Shown here piece after piece: positions 8,758 through 18,917 of a DNA stretch of 64,000 nt. Each line of letters starts with the position of its first letter. Position 1 is the first letter of the stretch. Below the pieces are notes generated by a model, which worked only from the letters and a program-made list of their open reading frames with translations, ran no database searches and had not been told where the DNA came from. The DNA is from an uncultured Nitrospiraceae bacterium (lineage in GTDB: Bacteria; Nitrospirota; Nitrospiria; Nitrospirales; Nitrospiraceae), in the NCBI GenBank assembly GCA_963730935.1, contig CAVSTP010000004.1, forward strand, positions 1,632,001 to 1,696,000, read 5' to 3'. A program made the position numbers and the translations under genes.

Positions 8758-10310
8758 CGAACTTCCTTCAGCTGATTCAATTTATCGTAGGCCTTTCCGG
8801 CCTCCGGACTCTTGGGGTATAGGGTCACGACCTGCTTGAAGGCCGACGACGCCCGCTTCTTGTCCTTCAGCGCAAGATAGGCAAAGCCTTTTTTCAGAAT
8901 CGCGGCCGGCACCTTTTCGCTCTGCGGATAGTCGATCTCCACTCGATCATACGAGTCGATGGCCTGTTTATAGTCCTTTTTACCGTAATGGGATTCCCCA
9001 AGCCAATAGCGGGCGTTCGGTGCAAGATCCGAGTTCGGATATTCCGCCAAAAAGGCCGAGAATCCCTCGCGGGATCCGTCCAGATTGCCTTCTTTGAAGT
9101 AGGCGAGGATCCGCTCGTATTCGGCCCTGTCAGACCGTTCGGACGGACGGATCGCGGCGACCGCAACCGGCTCCGGCGATTCATCCGCGGCGACAGGCAC
9201 GACTGTCCGCTCCACCGCGTGGTTGTTCAATTCCGGCTCCTGGTGGGCCGCTGCGACAGACTCCTGAGCGGCCGCCTCAGCCGGTGCCGTCATGGAGGAC
9301 CGGTGTACGGACTTCGTTGTCTGAGACTGCCGTTGGCCCGCCTTGGGAACGGCCCCTTTGACGTGAACTTCCTGCGCCACTTGATCCACATTTTTGGCGA
9401 GGCCGTCGACCCGACGCTCCTGCTCGGTCATGCGTGCATCCAGACGCCCGACCTGCTCATCGATCCGGGCCGCGAGCTTCTGCGCCACGGAAGAAACGCT
9501 CTTGTTCACCTCACCCAAGTGTCCCGACATTGTCTTCGTCGTCTCGTTGATGTGTAAGGTGGAGGCTTTGGTGTCGGCTTCGATCTTCGTCGCCAGAGCC
9601 TTGTTGGCCTGCTCCTCCTGCCCGACGCGTTCACTCATAGAGGTCAAAGAGTCGCGGAAACCGGTCAAGGCCTGGTTGAATTGTGTAAATTTCGCCGACA
9701 ATTGTTCGGTGCGGACTTGGGTATCCGTCAAGGCCTTGCGCTGTTCGTCGAGCTTGACGTCCATGCTCTTGCCAAACGCGGTGTTGGTTTTCTGCACCAC
9801 GTCGATGATCTCCTTCCGAAGCACCTCCATCTGGCGGTTGACGTCATCAAGGCGCGTATTCACATCGACCCGCAGCTGATCGCGGTCCGATTTGTTCTTC
9901 AAGTCCTGGGCGTTGAGGCTCTCGCGCACCTGGGCATAGCGATTGGCGTTTTCTGCATCCAGCTTTGCGGACAACTGCTCCATCTTCTTCGTCTGCTGCT
10001 CGAGCACCGCCGACCGTTGCCGCAGATCGTCCTGCGCTCGTTGAATCTCCTGCGCCTGATGCTGCGCCTTTTCGAGCTCTCCGCGCAGCTTAGGAAGCTC
10101 CTGACTTTTCAGCTCTTCGAGTTCTTGCCGCTGCTGAGCCCCCCGCTGGGCCAGGGCCTCGTTCGATTGATTGAACCGGCGCTCAGCGCTCTTCAAATCA
10201 GCCTGCTGGGCCACGCAGCCGTTCAAGAGGCTGATCGACAGCAGGCAAACCAGCGTTCCAACGCTTCGCACATGCCACGCGATATTCATGGTGCCACCTT
10301 CGCTTGACAC
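8754..10310 (-). CDS. Long coiled-coil CpoB/YbgF-like lipoprotein
   Basis: Lipobox LNGC, roughly 280-aa coiled coil, C-terminal YbgF-type TPR (NARYWLGESHY...KVPAAILKKG). Confidence 0.8.
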   Translation of the reverse strand: MSSEGGTMNIAWHVRSVGTLVCLLSISLLNGCVAQQADLKSAERRFNQSNEALAQRGAQQRQELEELKSQELPKLRGELEKAQHQAQEIQRAQDDLRQRSAVLEQQTKKMEQLSAKLDAENANRYAQVRESLNAQDLKNKSDRDQLRVDVNTRLDDVNRQMEVLRKEIIDVVQKTNTAFGKSMDVKLDEQRKALTDTQVRTEQLSAKFTQFNQALTGFRDSLTSMSERVGQEEQANKALATKIEADTKASTLHINETTKTMSGHLGEVNKSVSSVAQKLAARIDEQVGRLDARMTEQERRVDGLAKNVDQVAQEVHVKGAVPKAGQRQSQTTKSVHRSSMTAPAEAAAQESVAAAHQEPELNNHAVERTVVPVAADESPEPVAVAAIRPSERSDRAEYERILAYFKEGNLDGSREGFSAFLAEYPNSDLAPNARYWLGESHYGKKDYKQAIDSYDRVEIDYPQSEKVPAAILKKGFAYLALKDKKRASSAFKQVVTLYPKSPEAGKAYDKLNQLKEVR

Positions 10311-10314
10311 AGTG

Positions 10315-11025
10315 TTATTTGCCCGTCTTCACAGCCAAATGTCCCCGACGGTTCTGCTGATAGCAGGATTCAGCGTGCTCGAGACAAGACGGACGCTCTT
10401 TTCCATAGGAGACGACGGACAGCCGATTGGCGCTGATGCCTAGTTCCACAAGGTAGTTGCGCACAGCCTTGGCGCGCTTTTCACCAAGGACCAGATTGTA
10501 ATCCGAGGTTCCGCGCTCGTCGCAATGGCCTTCGACCTTGACGATCGCGCCGGGATTGGACTTCATCCAATCGGCGTCGCGGGTGAGCGCCTGTCGCTGA
10601 TCATCGGAAATCGTCCAGCTGTCGTATCCGAAAAAGACATCACGGAGCCCGGCGGCAGTCGAGGCCGCCTGCTCCGCCCGGATTTCATCCAACTGGCGGC
10701 CTGCCGTGTCGGAGGTATCGGCCTTGGCTAACAATGAGCCGGCGCCGGCGCCGGCGCCCGCCCCTGCACCGTTTCCAATACGTTCTTCGGACGGATTCTT
10801 ATCCAAACCCCGAAGACCGGAGCCGCCGCCTGACTGCATGCTGGTGTCGGGGAAATTACCGACGCCCGTTCGGCTGCTCTCCGTACTTTCACTTTTCGCC
10901 GCCTTGCTTTGGGACGATTGGGTGTCGCCGCCGGATTGCACCGACTTCTTGGAGCATCCCGAAACGCCCAGAAGGGCGACGCTGGCCACGAGTGCCAACG
11001 CGATCCTGAAAGGTGTAGTGCCCAT
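10315..11025 (-). CDS. pal: Peptidoglycan-associated lipoprotein Pal
   Basis: Lipobox VSGC; OmpA-like VEGHCDERGTSDYNLVLGEKRA...SYGKERP...NRR. Confidence 0.93.
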   Translation of the reverse strand: MGTTPFRIALALVASVALLGVSGCSKKSVQSGGDTQSSQSKAAKSESTESSRTGVGNFPDTSMQSGGGSGLRGLDKNPSEERIGNGAGAGAGAGAGSLLAKADTSDTAGRQLDEIRAEQAASTAAGLRDVFFGYDSWTISDDQRQALTRDADWMKSNPGAIVKVEGHCDERGTSDYNLVLGEKRAKAVRNYLVELGISANRLSVVSYGKERPSCLEHAESCYQQNRRGHLAVKTGK

Positions 11026-11078
11026 ACGCGTATCTCCTCTCTCTAAAAGGTGTGTCAGAATCTGCCTATGTGGTGTGG

Positions 11079-12407
11079 TCATGACGCCGGGGACCAGGAT
11101 GGCGCACTATTGTGGGTCCCCTCAAACGTCAGTCGTTCAAGGTCCTTTCCGTCCGCATCAATCATATAAATGTGACTCTTGCCATCCGCCGTCGAGCTGA
11201 AGGCCAAATGGCGTCCGTCCGGAGACCAGGAAGGTGAGTCATCGATACCACCCCCTGTAGTCAATTGCATACGCTTTTGTCCGTCGGGGCTAATGAGGCA
11301 CAACTTATACTCTTTACGAGGTGTGCGGCAGACGTAGGCGATCCAGTTCCCTCTGGGAGACCAGGCAGGCGCGGCGTTGTAGTCGCCTTCGAACGTCAAA
11401 CGGCGCACGTTCGAGCCGTCGGAACTCATCAGAAAGACCTGGGGCCCGCCACCGCGGTCGGATACAAAAGCAAGTTCTCTACCAGTCGGAGACCAGCTGG
11501 GGGACAGTTCACCGGCCGGATTGGTGGTGAGCCGCTGGACGGTTTTCGTCCTGGTATCGAGGCGGTAGAGCTCGGAATTGCCCTCATGGCTCGAAGCAAA
11601 GGCCAGGAAATTGCCGTCGGGCGACAAGGCGGGGGTAATGTTCAACCCACCGTACGAGACCAGCGTCCAACGCTTGCCCGTCGCGAGTTCGATCATATCG
11701 ATGTCCTGCGTATTCCGGTCGCGGTAGGCGGTAAATACCAGAAACCGGCGGTCGGGGGACCAGCGCGGCATCAGATTTAAGAACCCGTCCGCCGTCAATT
11801 GGCGCGAGTCATAGCCGTCATAGTCCATCACGAACAACTCGCGGGCTGCTCCATGGGAGGACACATAGGCGATTTTGGTTCTGGCAATCCCCGGTTCGCC
11901 GGTGTAGCGGAAGACCAATTCATCGGCAAATCGGTGGGCCATGAGCCGGACAACGGAAGGCGTTCCGGCATATCGCTTCCCGCCGACCACCTCGTCGCTG
12001 CCGCTGTCGTAGACGAAGCCTTCCATGTTGACGTCGTCTTCTCTTTCTCCTTTTTTAAGCCCTGCCTTTCCCCACACCAACACGGACACGCCATTTTCCG
12101 CTGCCTGCTTGAAGATGGCCTTCGACCCGTTTCCAACGCCGTTACCGACGTCTCGGACCTTGATCCCGAGGCTTGGGAGGTCCATGAGCTCGAAGACCAG
12201 CGAACGCTTGACGTCCTTCTTGAGGACTTCTTCAAGACGGCCGCCCAGCCAGTCCGGCCCTCCGTTGTTCTCTATGCTCACGACGCCGAGCGAGATTTTT
12301 TGAAAGTCCGGCCTCGTCGCCTCCAGGAAAACGTCTGCCGCACCGACCACGCCGGCCAACGCGCAGACGCCACAGAGGACCAGAACCACCAACGTTCGTT
12401 GATTCAT
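11079..12407 (-). CDS. tolB: Tol-Pal beta-propeller protein TolB
   Basis: AHRFADE, TKIAYV and repeated PD40 PxWSPDG motifs. Confidence 0.93.
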   Translation of the reverse strand: MNQRTLVVLVLCGVCALAGVVGAADVFLEATRPDFQKISLGVVSIENNGGPDWLGGRLEEVLKKDVKRSLVFELMDLPSLGIKVRDVGNGVGNGSKAIFKQAAENGVSVLVWGKAGLKKGEREDDVNMEGFVYDSGSDEVVGGKRYAGTPSVVRLMAHRFADELVFRYTGEPGIARTKIAYVSSHGAARELFVMDYDGYDSRQLTADGFLNLMPRWSPDRRFLVFTAYRDRNTQDIDMIELATGKRWTLVSYGGLNITPALSPDGNFLAFASSHEGNSELYRLDTRTKTVQRLTTNPAGELSPSWSPTGRELAFVSDRGGGPQVFLMSSDGSNVRRLTFEGDYNAAPAWSPRGNWIAYVCRTPRKEYKLCLISPDGQKRMQLTTGGGIDDSPSWSPDGRHLAFSSTADGKSHIYMIDADGKDLERLTFEGTHNSAPSWSPAS

Positions 12408-13405
12408 CCTGTGCTCTCCCCGACTCTAAATACCATTTCCACGTCCTGATACCCTTCTGTCATGTCCGAAGGAAACATCGGAAATTGACGCGGCTTGAGG
12501 ATCGCCCGCTTACCCGCGTCGTCGAAATAGCTGTTGCCGGACGTTTGTTGCACCGTCACGTCCTTCACCGTCCCGTTCCGGTAGTATCGAAATCGAACAA
12601 CTGTACTGTACGTTTGTCCGCTGACGTCGATCGGAGGCGGTTCCCACTGGCTTTTGATGATCGCCTCCACTCGTCCCCAGAACGGATTCGTCCCGGAGGA
12701 TCCGGAGGTTTTGAGTTGTGTTTGAGGCGCCTGGACTTGAGGAATGGCGGCTTCTTGCTGAGGGGCCGGTTTGACCGGCGCCTCTTTGGGAATGTCCAGT
12801 TTGGCCGCCGGCTTGAATTCCTTGACCTTCTTGAGTTCTTCCTCCAACTCGCGGTCAAGCTCTTCGCTGATGGAGGTCCGCTGGGGCGCCTGAGGCGTCT
12901 TGATCGCGCGCTCGGGTACCTCGGGGATACGAGGCAGGTCGGGAACCTGGATCTTCGCCGGCGCCTGAGCCCGCGGCTGCGCGATACTTTTGGCGGGGGT
13001 CAACTCTCCGAACCTCGGCGCATCGGGCGGAAGCTCCAGGTCTTTCAGAATATCCTTCGCCACGCTGGGGCGAGCCGGCACCGACACCGGTGTCGGCGAG
13101 GGAGCGACCGTCTTGACCGGTGGAGGAGGAGCAGGAGACGGTTTGGTTTCCGTCCGCTTGACCGATTCCACCGGCCGAGGCTGTTCGACTGTTTTGACGG
13201 GCGTGGGCAAATTGACGAGATTCACTTCGACCGCCGCCAGCGGCCGTTCGCCGTGGGGCGCCAGCCGAAGGCCCATCACCACCAGCAGCGCCACGACATG
13301 GAGGGCCAGAGACACCGTGAGCGTCCGCCCCAGGCGACGGAAAAACCGGTCCTGGTCATCCCGGTCGAACCAGAACGACGCATACAGCTGTGCGGGAGCG
13401 ACCAT
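12404..13405 (-). CDS. tolA: TolA/TonB-family energy transducer
   Basis: N-terminal TM with SLALH, Pro/Lys-rich linker, TonB-C-like domain (SGNSYFDDAGKRAI); sits between tolR and tolB. Confidence 0.75.
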   Translation of the reverse strand: MVAPAQLYASFWFDRDDQDRFFRRLGRTLTVSLALHVVALLVVMGLRLAPHGERPLAAVEVNLVNLPTPVKTVEQPRPVESVKRTETKPSPAPPPPVKTVAPSPTPVSVPARPSVAKDILKDLELPPDAPRFGELTPAKSIAQPRAQAPAKIQVPDLPRIPEVPERAIKTPQAPQRTSISEELDRELEEELKKVKEFKPAAKLDIPKEAPVKPAPQQEAAIPQVQAPQTQLKTSGSSGTNPFWGRVEAIIKSQWEPPPIDVSGQTYSTVVRFRYYRNGTVKDVTVQQTSGNSYFDDAGKRAILKPRQFPMFPSDMTEGYQDVEMVFRVGESTG

Positions 13406-13432
13406 CCCAAACCCCTCTCACGATCGACGGTG

Positions 13433-13894
13433 TTAACTCTTACGAGAGGGTGCGCGCGGATTCTGCGGAATCGGTGCCCCTCCGACCCGCTCCGGTCCCA
13501 CCGGTTCCGTCACCATGCCAATCTTCTCGATTCCGGCCTTCTTTACCCCGTCCATGACCTGCACCACAATGCCATACGGAACATCCCGATCGGCCCGGAG
13601 GTAGAGCGACACATCCGCATGCTCATGTTTCAGGATTTTCAACTTCTGCTCCAGCTGCGCGACGCCGACCGGATCCTTGTCCAAATACAGCCGTTGGTCC
13701 TTCTCGATGGTCAGCACAGTCCGCATTTCCGGCCGGATGGTATTGGTCGCAGACTTGGGCAGGTTGATGTCCATGCCGCGGTACAGCATGGGAGCAGTGA
13801 CCATGAAAATCACGAGGAGCACCAACACCACGTCGACCAGCGGGATCACATTGATCTCCGCCATGAAACGGCGTTGCCGCGATTCGAACATCAT
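13433..13894 (-). CDS. tolR: TolR/ExbD
   Basis: EINVIPLVDVVLVLLVIFMVTAP and LRADRDVPYG. Confidence 0.9.
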   Translation of the reverse strand: MMFESRQRRFMAEINVIPLVDVVLVLLVIFMVTAPMLYRGMDINLPKSATNTIRPEMRTVLTIEKDQRLYLDKDPVGVAQLEQKLKILKHEHADVSLYLRADRDVPYGIVVQVMDGVKKAGIEKIGMVTEPVGPERVGGAPIPQNPRAPSRKS

Positions 13895-14586
13895 CGCTGT
13901 GCTCCGACCGGAATCGGCTTCGCCTTTACCACAGGAACGGAGAGCGATGTCATTAACTCAATCGTGACCGTGTCCAATCGAAACGCCGTTCGCCGGATTC
14001 GGCTCAAGTAATAGTTGTAGGCGATGACCGCAGGGATCGCGGTAAACAATCCTGCTGCGGTGGCGATCAGTGCTTCGGCCACGCCGGGAGCGACCGCGGC
14101 TATACTCGCCGTGCCCTGGGTTCCAATTTCACGGAATGCATCGATGATGCCCATGACCGTGCCCAACAAGCCGACAAATGGGGTGATGTTGCCGGTGGTG
14201 GCCAAAAAAGGAAGGTAGGATTCGAGTCTCGCCAACTGACTGTGGGAGAGGTGCGCGGCAGTGCGCTCGACGAGCTGGCGGTCCGCCGCCGACCCACCAC
14301 CGTCCTGGCCACGCAATCCTGCTACGCGGTCCATCACGCCTTCGAAAAGCACGGCCGCGGGACTCGATTCCATGCGCCGTACCTGGCGGCAGAGATCGTC
14401 CAAATCCTTTGCTTTCGCGAGGAGCCCCATGAACTGGTGGTCCATGCGGTCGGCCGTTGAAAACGCACGCCACTTCATAAAAATGATCGCCCACGAGACG
14501 ACGGAAAAGACGAAGAGTAGTAGCAGGACGATTTTGGAGACTGCGCCCAACGATCCCAGCAGGCCTGTCATACCGAGTTGGAACAT
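13891..14586 (-). CDS. tolQ: TolQ/ExbB
   Basis: PFVGLLGTVMGI and VAPGVAEALIATAAGLFTAIPAV. Confidence 0.9.
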   Translation of the reverse strand: MFQLGMTGLLGSLGAVSKIVLLLLFVFSVVSWAIIFMKWRAFSTADRMDHQFMGLLAKAKDLDDLCRQVRRMESSPAAVLFEGVMDRVAGLRGQDGGGSAADRQLVERTAAHLSHSQLARLESYLPFLATTGNITPFVGLLGTVMGIIDAFREIGTQGTASIAAVAPGVAEALIATAAGLFTAIPAVIAYNYYLSRIRRTAFRLDTVTIELMTSLSVPVVKAKPIPVGAQR

Positions 14587-14786
14587 TGGTCTATACCCTT
14601 TCCTGCTCGCATGAGCACTCCGCGAGGCTGCCTTGGAGTCTAACAAATGTCGCGGAAACTGGCAGGCTCGATAGTACCGCCCTGGCTTTTAGGCTACTTG
14701 TGGCGACACTTGTATGCAGTGGCGTCCTGTGGGAGCTGCCTGCCGCAGGTCTCTTCTCACGGTCGGTCAATGCGGGACGAAAAACA

Positions 14787-14865
14787 TGGCGGGGCCGACG
14801 GGATTTGAACCCGCGACCTCCAGATTGACAATCTGGCGTCCTAAACCAGGCTGAACGACGGCCCC
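14787..14865 (-). tRNA. tRNA-Asp(GTC)
   Basis: GGGGCCG acceptor stem, anticodon arm CCAGA-TTGTCAA-TCTGG, GGTTCAAATCC, encoded CCA. Confidence 0.96.
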
Positions 14866-14978
14866 TCGTGTCTCTACCTATAGAGGAAGATTCTATCGAC
14901 AAGACTATATATAGCGGATGGTCCGGTCTTCAATATTTGTGATCCCTGCTCTCACCGCCTGAATCCACATTCCTTCCG

Positions 14979-15054
14979 TGGTAGGCGGAACAGGGATCGA
15001 ACCTGTGACCTCTGCCTTGTAAGGGCAGCGCTCTACCAACTGAGCTATCCGCCC
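14979..15054 (-). tRNA. tRNA-Val(TAC)
   Basis: GGGCGGATAGCTCAGTTGGTAGAGC, anticodon arm CTGCC-CTTACAA-GGCAG, GGTTCGATCC, encoded CCA. Confidence 0.96.
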
Positions 15055-15076
15055 GATTTTCTTAGCAAGCTGGCGG

Positions 15077-15105
15077 ATGCTACCAAGTCCATCTCCCCTT
15101 GTCAA
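15077..15105 (-). promoter_or_regulatory. sigma70-type promoter of the tRNA-Val/tRNA-Asp pair
   Basis: Minus strand TTGACA-17 nt-TAGCAT about 20 nt upstream of tRNA-Val. Confidence 0.7.
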
Positions 15106-15138
15106 CCGAATCTCGCACTGTTCTTGCAGATTCTGCGG

Positions 15139-16074
15139 CTATTTTTCCCTTCGCTGCTGAAGGAATTTCGCCTTGCGACGTGGCTGCCGGGGGAAGAACG
15201 TCGCATGCACCTCTTTCAGTCGTTCTCGTTCGACATGCGTGTAGATTTGTGTCGTCGCAATGTCGGCATGTCCGAGCATCGTTTGGACTGACCGAAGATC
15301 GGCGCCGCCTCCCAACAGATGCGTGGCAAAGGAATGCCGCAACATGTGCGGGGAAACGGCTTTCGTCAACCCCGCGCGCTGCGCCCGTTGGCGAAGCGAC
15401 TTCCAAAACGCCTGCCTGGTCAGCGAACCCCCGCGTCGAGATACGAACAGCACGCGCGAAGCCCGTTGTTTGAGCAATTGCGGTCTGATGGCTTGGACAT
15501 ATTCGGCGAGAAGACGTTGCGCCGGCTCCCCCATCGGCACGATGCGCTGCTTGGATCCCTTGCCCATCACGCGCAAATACCCGACCTCCATGTTCACTTG
15601 CGCAAGTTCCAAAGACACCAACTCCGAGACGCGCAGCCCTGTCGCGTATAGCAGTTCCAACATCACGCGATCGCGCCGGTCCTCCGTGGTCCCGTGTACT
15701 GGGACGTCCAGCAAGGCGGCCACTTCCTGCTCCGATAACGTTTTGGGCAGACGTGTCCCACGACGGGCGGGCGCGATATCCAGCGCTGGATGACCTTCGA
15801 TCACGCGTTCCTCTTGCAGAAAACGCAGCCAACCCCGAACGGCGGACAGACAACGGGCCGACGAGACCGAGGACAGCTGCAGCGCGTGCAGAGATCCTAG
15901 AAAAGATCGAACCGTGTCCTGCGTCACCTGCCGAAGCTGTTCGATCTTCCGGTGCCGGAGGTAGCGTTGAAATTTTGCGAGGTCGCGCCGGTAGGCGTCA
16001 ATCGTATTGCGGGATAGGCCGCCTTCGACGCGGACATGGTTGAGATAGCGTTCGACCAGAGCGTCCGTGTCCAT
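15139..16074 (-). CDS. xerD: Site-specific tyrosine recombinase XerD
   Basis: GLSRNTIDAYRRDL, LPKTLS, ELLYATGLRVSEL, GKGSKQRIVP, HMLRHSFATHLL, LGHADIATTQIYTH. Confidence 0.92.
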   Translation of the reverse strand: MDTDALVERYLNHVRVEGGLSRNTIDAYRRDLAKFQRYLRHRKIEQLRQVTQDTVRSFLGSLHALQLSSVSSARCLSAVRGWLRFLQEERVIEGHPALDIAPARRGTRLPKTLSEQEVAALLDVPVHGTTEDRRDRVMLELLYATGLRVSELVSLELAQVNMEVGYLRVMGKGSKQRIVPMGEPAQRLLAEYVQAIRPQLLKQRASRVLFVSRRGGSLTRQAFWKSLRQRAQRAGLTKAVSPHMLRHSFATHLLGGGADLRSVQTMLGHADIATTQIYTHVERERLKEVHATFFPRQPRRKAKFLQQRREK

Positions 16075-16158
16075 TTCGCGCGATGATAGCCAATGCGTTC
16101 GGGGAACACAACGCGGCAGAATCTTGACACCCTTCGGGGATTCCGATACTAGTCACGC

Positions 16159-18168
16159 TTGACGATTTTCATGCGTACGAGCCACAAGCGCTACCTTGCC
16201 GACGGGTGCCTGCCGCCGTGCGGCCCTTCTCCTCGAGCGAGGTCACTCGCCGCGGCCTCTGCCGTCCTCGCCGTTGCACTGACGCTGATGGCGAATTCCG
16301 CCTGGCAGCCTGCTGTCGCGGCTGCACCCGCCAAGCAGGCCCCGGCGAATCATCCGTCGCTCAATCAAGCGAAGCGGTTGATCGATGCGGGGCAGGCCGA
16401 AGAGGCCATCACAATCCTGCGAAGATTTCTGGGCACCAATCCCAAGCCGGACCTCCTTGACGACACCTACCTTTTGCTCGGAGCCGCATTGTACCGGGCG
16501 CAACAGTATGGAGAGGCGCTGAAATATCTCCAGCAACTCCAGAACGAGTTTCCCTCATCCGAAGTGGCCGACCGTGGAAAGTTGATGCTCGCGCGCACGC
16601 ATGCGGCCATGGGCAATCCGGATCTAGCGCTGCCGATTCTGACCGGCCTTCGGACGATGTCGCAAGACGATGTGACCCAGCGCGAGGCTGTGCATCTGAG
16701 CGGCGAACTGTACTTTCAGAAGAAAGAGCCTGCCCGCGCCATTGCTGCGTGGCTCGACGAAATCGCGTTGAGTTCGGACGACCAAGCGGAGGAGATCCGC
16801 ACGAACATCACGGCACTCATCAACGAATCCTTTGACAAGAAAATGCTCGAGCGGATCAAGGAAGCGTATCCGAAAAGCTTCCCGGGAGATCTGGCCGCGC
16901 TGCGCTTGATCGACTTGTATATGGGGCGGGGTGAAGAACATCAGGCCTCTCGACAGATCCAGCAGTTCCTGGCTCATTTTCCATCGCATGCCCAGAGCAG
17001 CCGCCTATCGGAAATGCTCGATACACTCCACACGAAGCTGAAGTCCAGCCAGTTCTTGCTTGCAGCCGTGCTGCCGCTGTCAGGCAAACTCTCGTCATTC
17101 GCCAACGACGTCTTGAGCGGCGTGCAGCTCGCGGTGGAAACCGTCGATAGAGGCGGAGGGCCTTCGATCGGGCTGTTGGTGAAGGACGCGGAATCATCGC
17201 AGGCCTCGTTCCTCGACGACTTCTCCAGTCTCTTGGCCACAGACCGTCCCGTCGCTGTCATCGGTCCGCTGCTGTCAAAAAACCTGCCCGTCATGTCGGA
17301 GCTGGCTGAGCGTTCGCATACTCCGCTGCTCACGCCCACCGCGATGTTGCCCAACGTCAGACGTCTCGGTAGCTATACGTTTAGTACCGCACTCACCTAC
17401 CAACTGCAGGCGCGCAGGATCGCCGCATACGCCACGGGCGAGTTGGGATTCCGCCGCTTTTGCATTCTCCACCCGGATACTGCCTACGGGCGCGAAATGG
17501 CCCGCCTGTTCGCCAACGAAGCCAAGCAGCGGGATGGCGAGATCATCGCTATCGAGTCCTACAAGGAAGGCGATTCCGACGTGGGCGCGCAGTTGAAGCG
17601 CATGAAGGCCGAGGATCTGAAGAAGTACGGCCTGGCCGTTCCGGTCGATCCGACGAAAATCGGAGGCAGGCTCACCAAGCTCGACAAGAAAGTGCTCTAT
17701 ACTCCTGGGTTCGACGCCGTCTTCATTCCCGGCCGAGCGTCGGATGTCGGCCTAATTGCCGCTCAACTAAACTTTCACGACATGAAAGTCCCTTTCCTGG
17801 GCACCAATGGCTGGAATGCCCCGGACTTCGCCCGCACCGCGGATCAATCCATCGACGGCGCGGTCTTCGTCGACGGATTTTTTGTCGATAGTCCAAATCC
17901 CAACGTGCAGGAGTTCGTCGAGCGCTACAAAAAGCGGTTTCAAAATCCGCCGACGCTGTTTGCCATGCAGGGATATGACGCGGCAAAAGTCGTGATCGAA
18001 GCCATTAAGAAAGGCGCGACGTCGGGTGAGGCGATCCGCGACTATCTCACTGCCCAGCAGGACCTCCCGGCACTGACGGGGCCGGCCGCCTTCGCGCAAG
18101 ACGGCACGTTGGATCGGCCTCTCTTCTTGATTCAGGTCAAGCGCGGGCGCTTCACGCAGCTCGATTGA
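16159..18168 (+). CDS. LpoA/LppC-like protein (TPR plus periplasmic-binding-protein type 1 fold)
   Basis: Signal-like N-terminus, TPRs, VLPLSG, VIGPLLS, FDAVFIPG, QGYDAA. Start uncertain (TTG 16159 or ATG 16171). Confidence 0.75.
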   Translation: MTIFMRTSHKRYLADGCLPPCGPSPRARSLAAASAVLAVALTLMANSAWQPAVAAAPAKQAPANHPSLNQAKRLIDAGQAEEAITILRRFLGTNPKPDLLDDTYLLLGAALYRAQQYGEALKYLQQLQNEFPSSEVADRGKLMLARTHAAMGNPDLALPILTGLRTMSQDDVTQREAVHLSGELYFQKKEPARAIAAWLDEIALSSDDQAEEIRTNITALINESFDKKMLERIKEAYPKSFPGDLAALRLIDLYMGRGEEHQASRQIQQFLAHFPSHAQSSRLSEMLDTLHTKLKSSQFLLAAVLPLSGKLSSFANDVLSGVQLAVETVDRGGGPSIGLLVKDAESSQASFLDDFSSLLATDRPVAVIGPLLSKNLPVMSELAERSHTPLLTPTAMLPNVRRLGSYTFSTALTYQLQARRIAAYATGELGFRRFCILHPDTAYGREMARLFANEAKQRDGEIIAIESYKEGDSDVGAQLKRMKAEDLKKYGLAVPVDPTKIGGRLTKLDKKVLYTPGFDAVFIPGRASDVGLIAAQLNFHDMKVPFLGTNGWNAPDFARTADQSIDGAVFVDGFFVDSPNPNVQEFVERYKKRFQNPPTLFAMQGYDAAKVVIEAIKKGATSGEAIRDYLTAQQDLPALTGPAAFAQDGTLDRPLFLIQVKRGRFTQLD

Positions 18169-18173
18169 CGTCC

Positions 18174-18917
18174 ATGAACGATTTTTCCCAGCTGCTGTTC
18201 GCCCTCTCGTACAAAGCGCTGCCCCTGCTCTTTGCCATGGTCCTGCATGAGTATGCCCATGGGTGGGTCGCCGATAAATGCGGCGATTCGACCGCGAAGA
18301 CCCAGGGGCGTCTCACCATGAATCCCCTGGCGCATATCGATCTGTTCGGCACCATCATCGTCCCGCTGATCTGTTTGATGCTGCCGGGCAGCTTTCTTCT
18401 GGGATGGGCCAAGCCGGTACCCGTCGACCCGCGGAACATGAGACAACCCCGGCGCGACATGGCGCTCGTCGCCGCGGCCGGACCCGGCATGAATTTCCTC
18501 CTCGCGGTCTGTAGTGCGGCGTTGTTGTCGCTGGTGCTATCAATGGATCCCTCGCTGCTCGCATCGAAAACGCGCAACGTCGCAGCAGAACCGGATGCCT
18601 CGTCGGCCGCGATCGTGCTGTTGCCCGTCGCCGTGATGGCGCTCTATTCCGTCCTGGTCAACGTCTTCCTAGGCATCTTCAACCTGATACCGATTCCACC
18701 TCTCGACGGCGGCCGAATTTTATTAAGCCTGCTGCCTCCACGCCCCGCGCTGGCGCTCGCACGCTTGGAACCATATGGGATGATGATTCTCGTCGGACTC
18801 CTCGTGTTCGACCGCGAACTCCGGATCATCCACACCATTACCAATACATTCGCTTCCGGCCTTTCAGGTACAATCCTCTCGACGGCGGTGGGTTTGATTT
18901 CAAGAGTGTCGCCATGA
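18174..18917 (+). CDS. Site-2 protease (M50) family membrane metalloprotease
   Basis: HEYAH, AAAGP and FNLIPIPPLDGGR motifs. Confidence 0.92.
   Translation: MNDFSQLLFALSYKALPLLFAMVLHEYAHGWVADKCGDSTAKTQGRLTMNPLAHIDLFGTIIVPLICLMLPGSFLLGWAKPVPVDPRNMRQPRRDMALVAAAGPGMNFLLAVCSAALLSLVLSMDPSLLASKTRNVAAEPDASSAAIVLLPVAVMALYSVLVNVFLGIFNLIPIPPLDGGRILLSLLPPRPALALARLEPYGMMILVGLLVFDRELRIIHTITNTFASGLSGTILSTAVGLISRVSP

Noticed and set aside
7342..8775. 477-aa plus-strand ORF
   Set aside because: Antisense shadow of mutL/cpoB, typical of high-GC DNA; no motifs.
12485..14011. 508-aa plus-strand ORF
   Set aside because: Antisense to tolA/tolR/tolQ; Arg-rich and without recognisable motifs.
14787..16074. Tyrosine recombinase next to tRNA genes as an integrative element
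   Set aside because: The protein has XerD-type features and length, the flanks are housekeeping genes, and no duplicated tRNA 3' end (att site) was seen.
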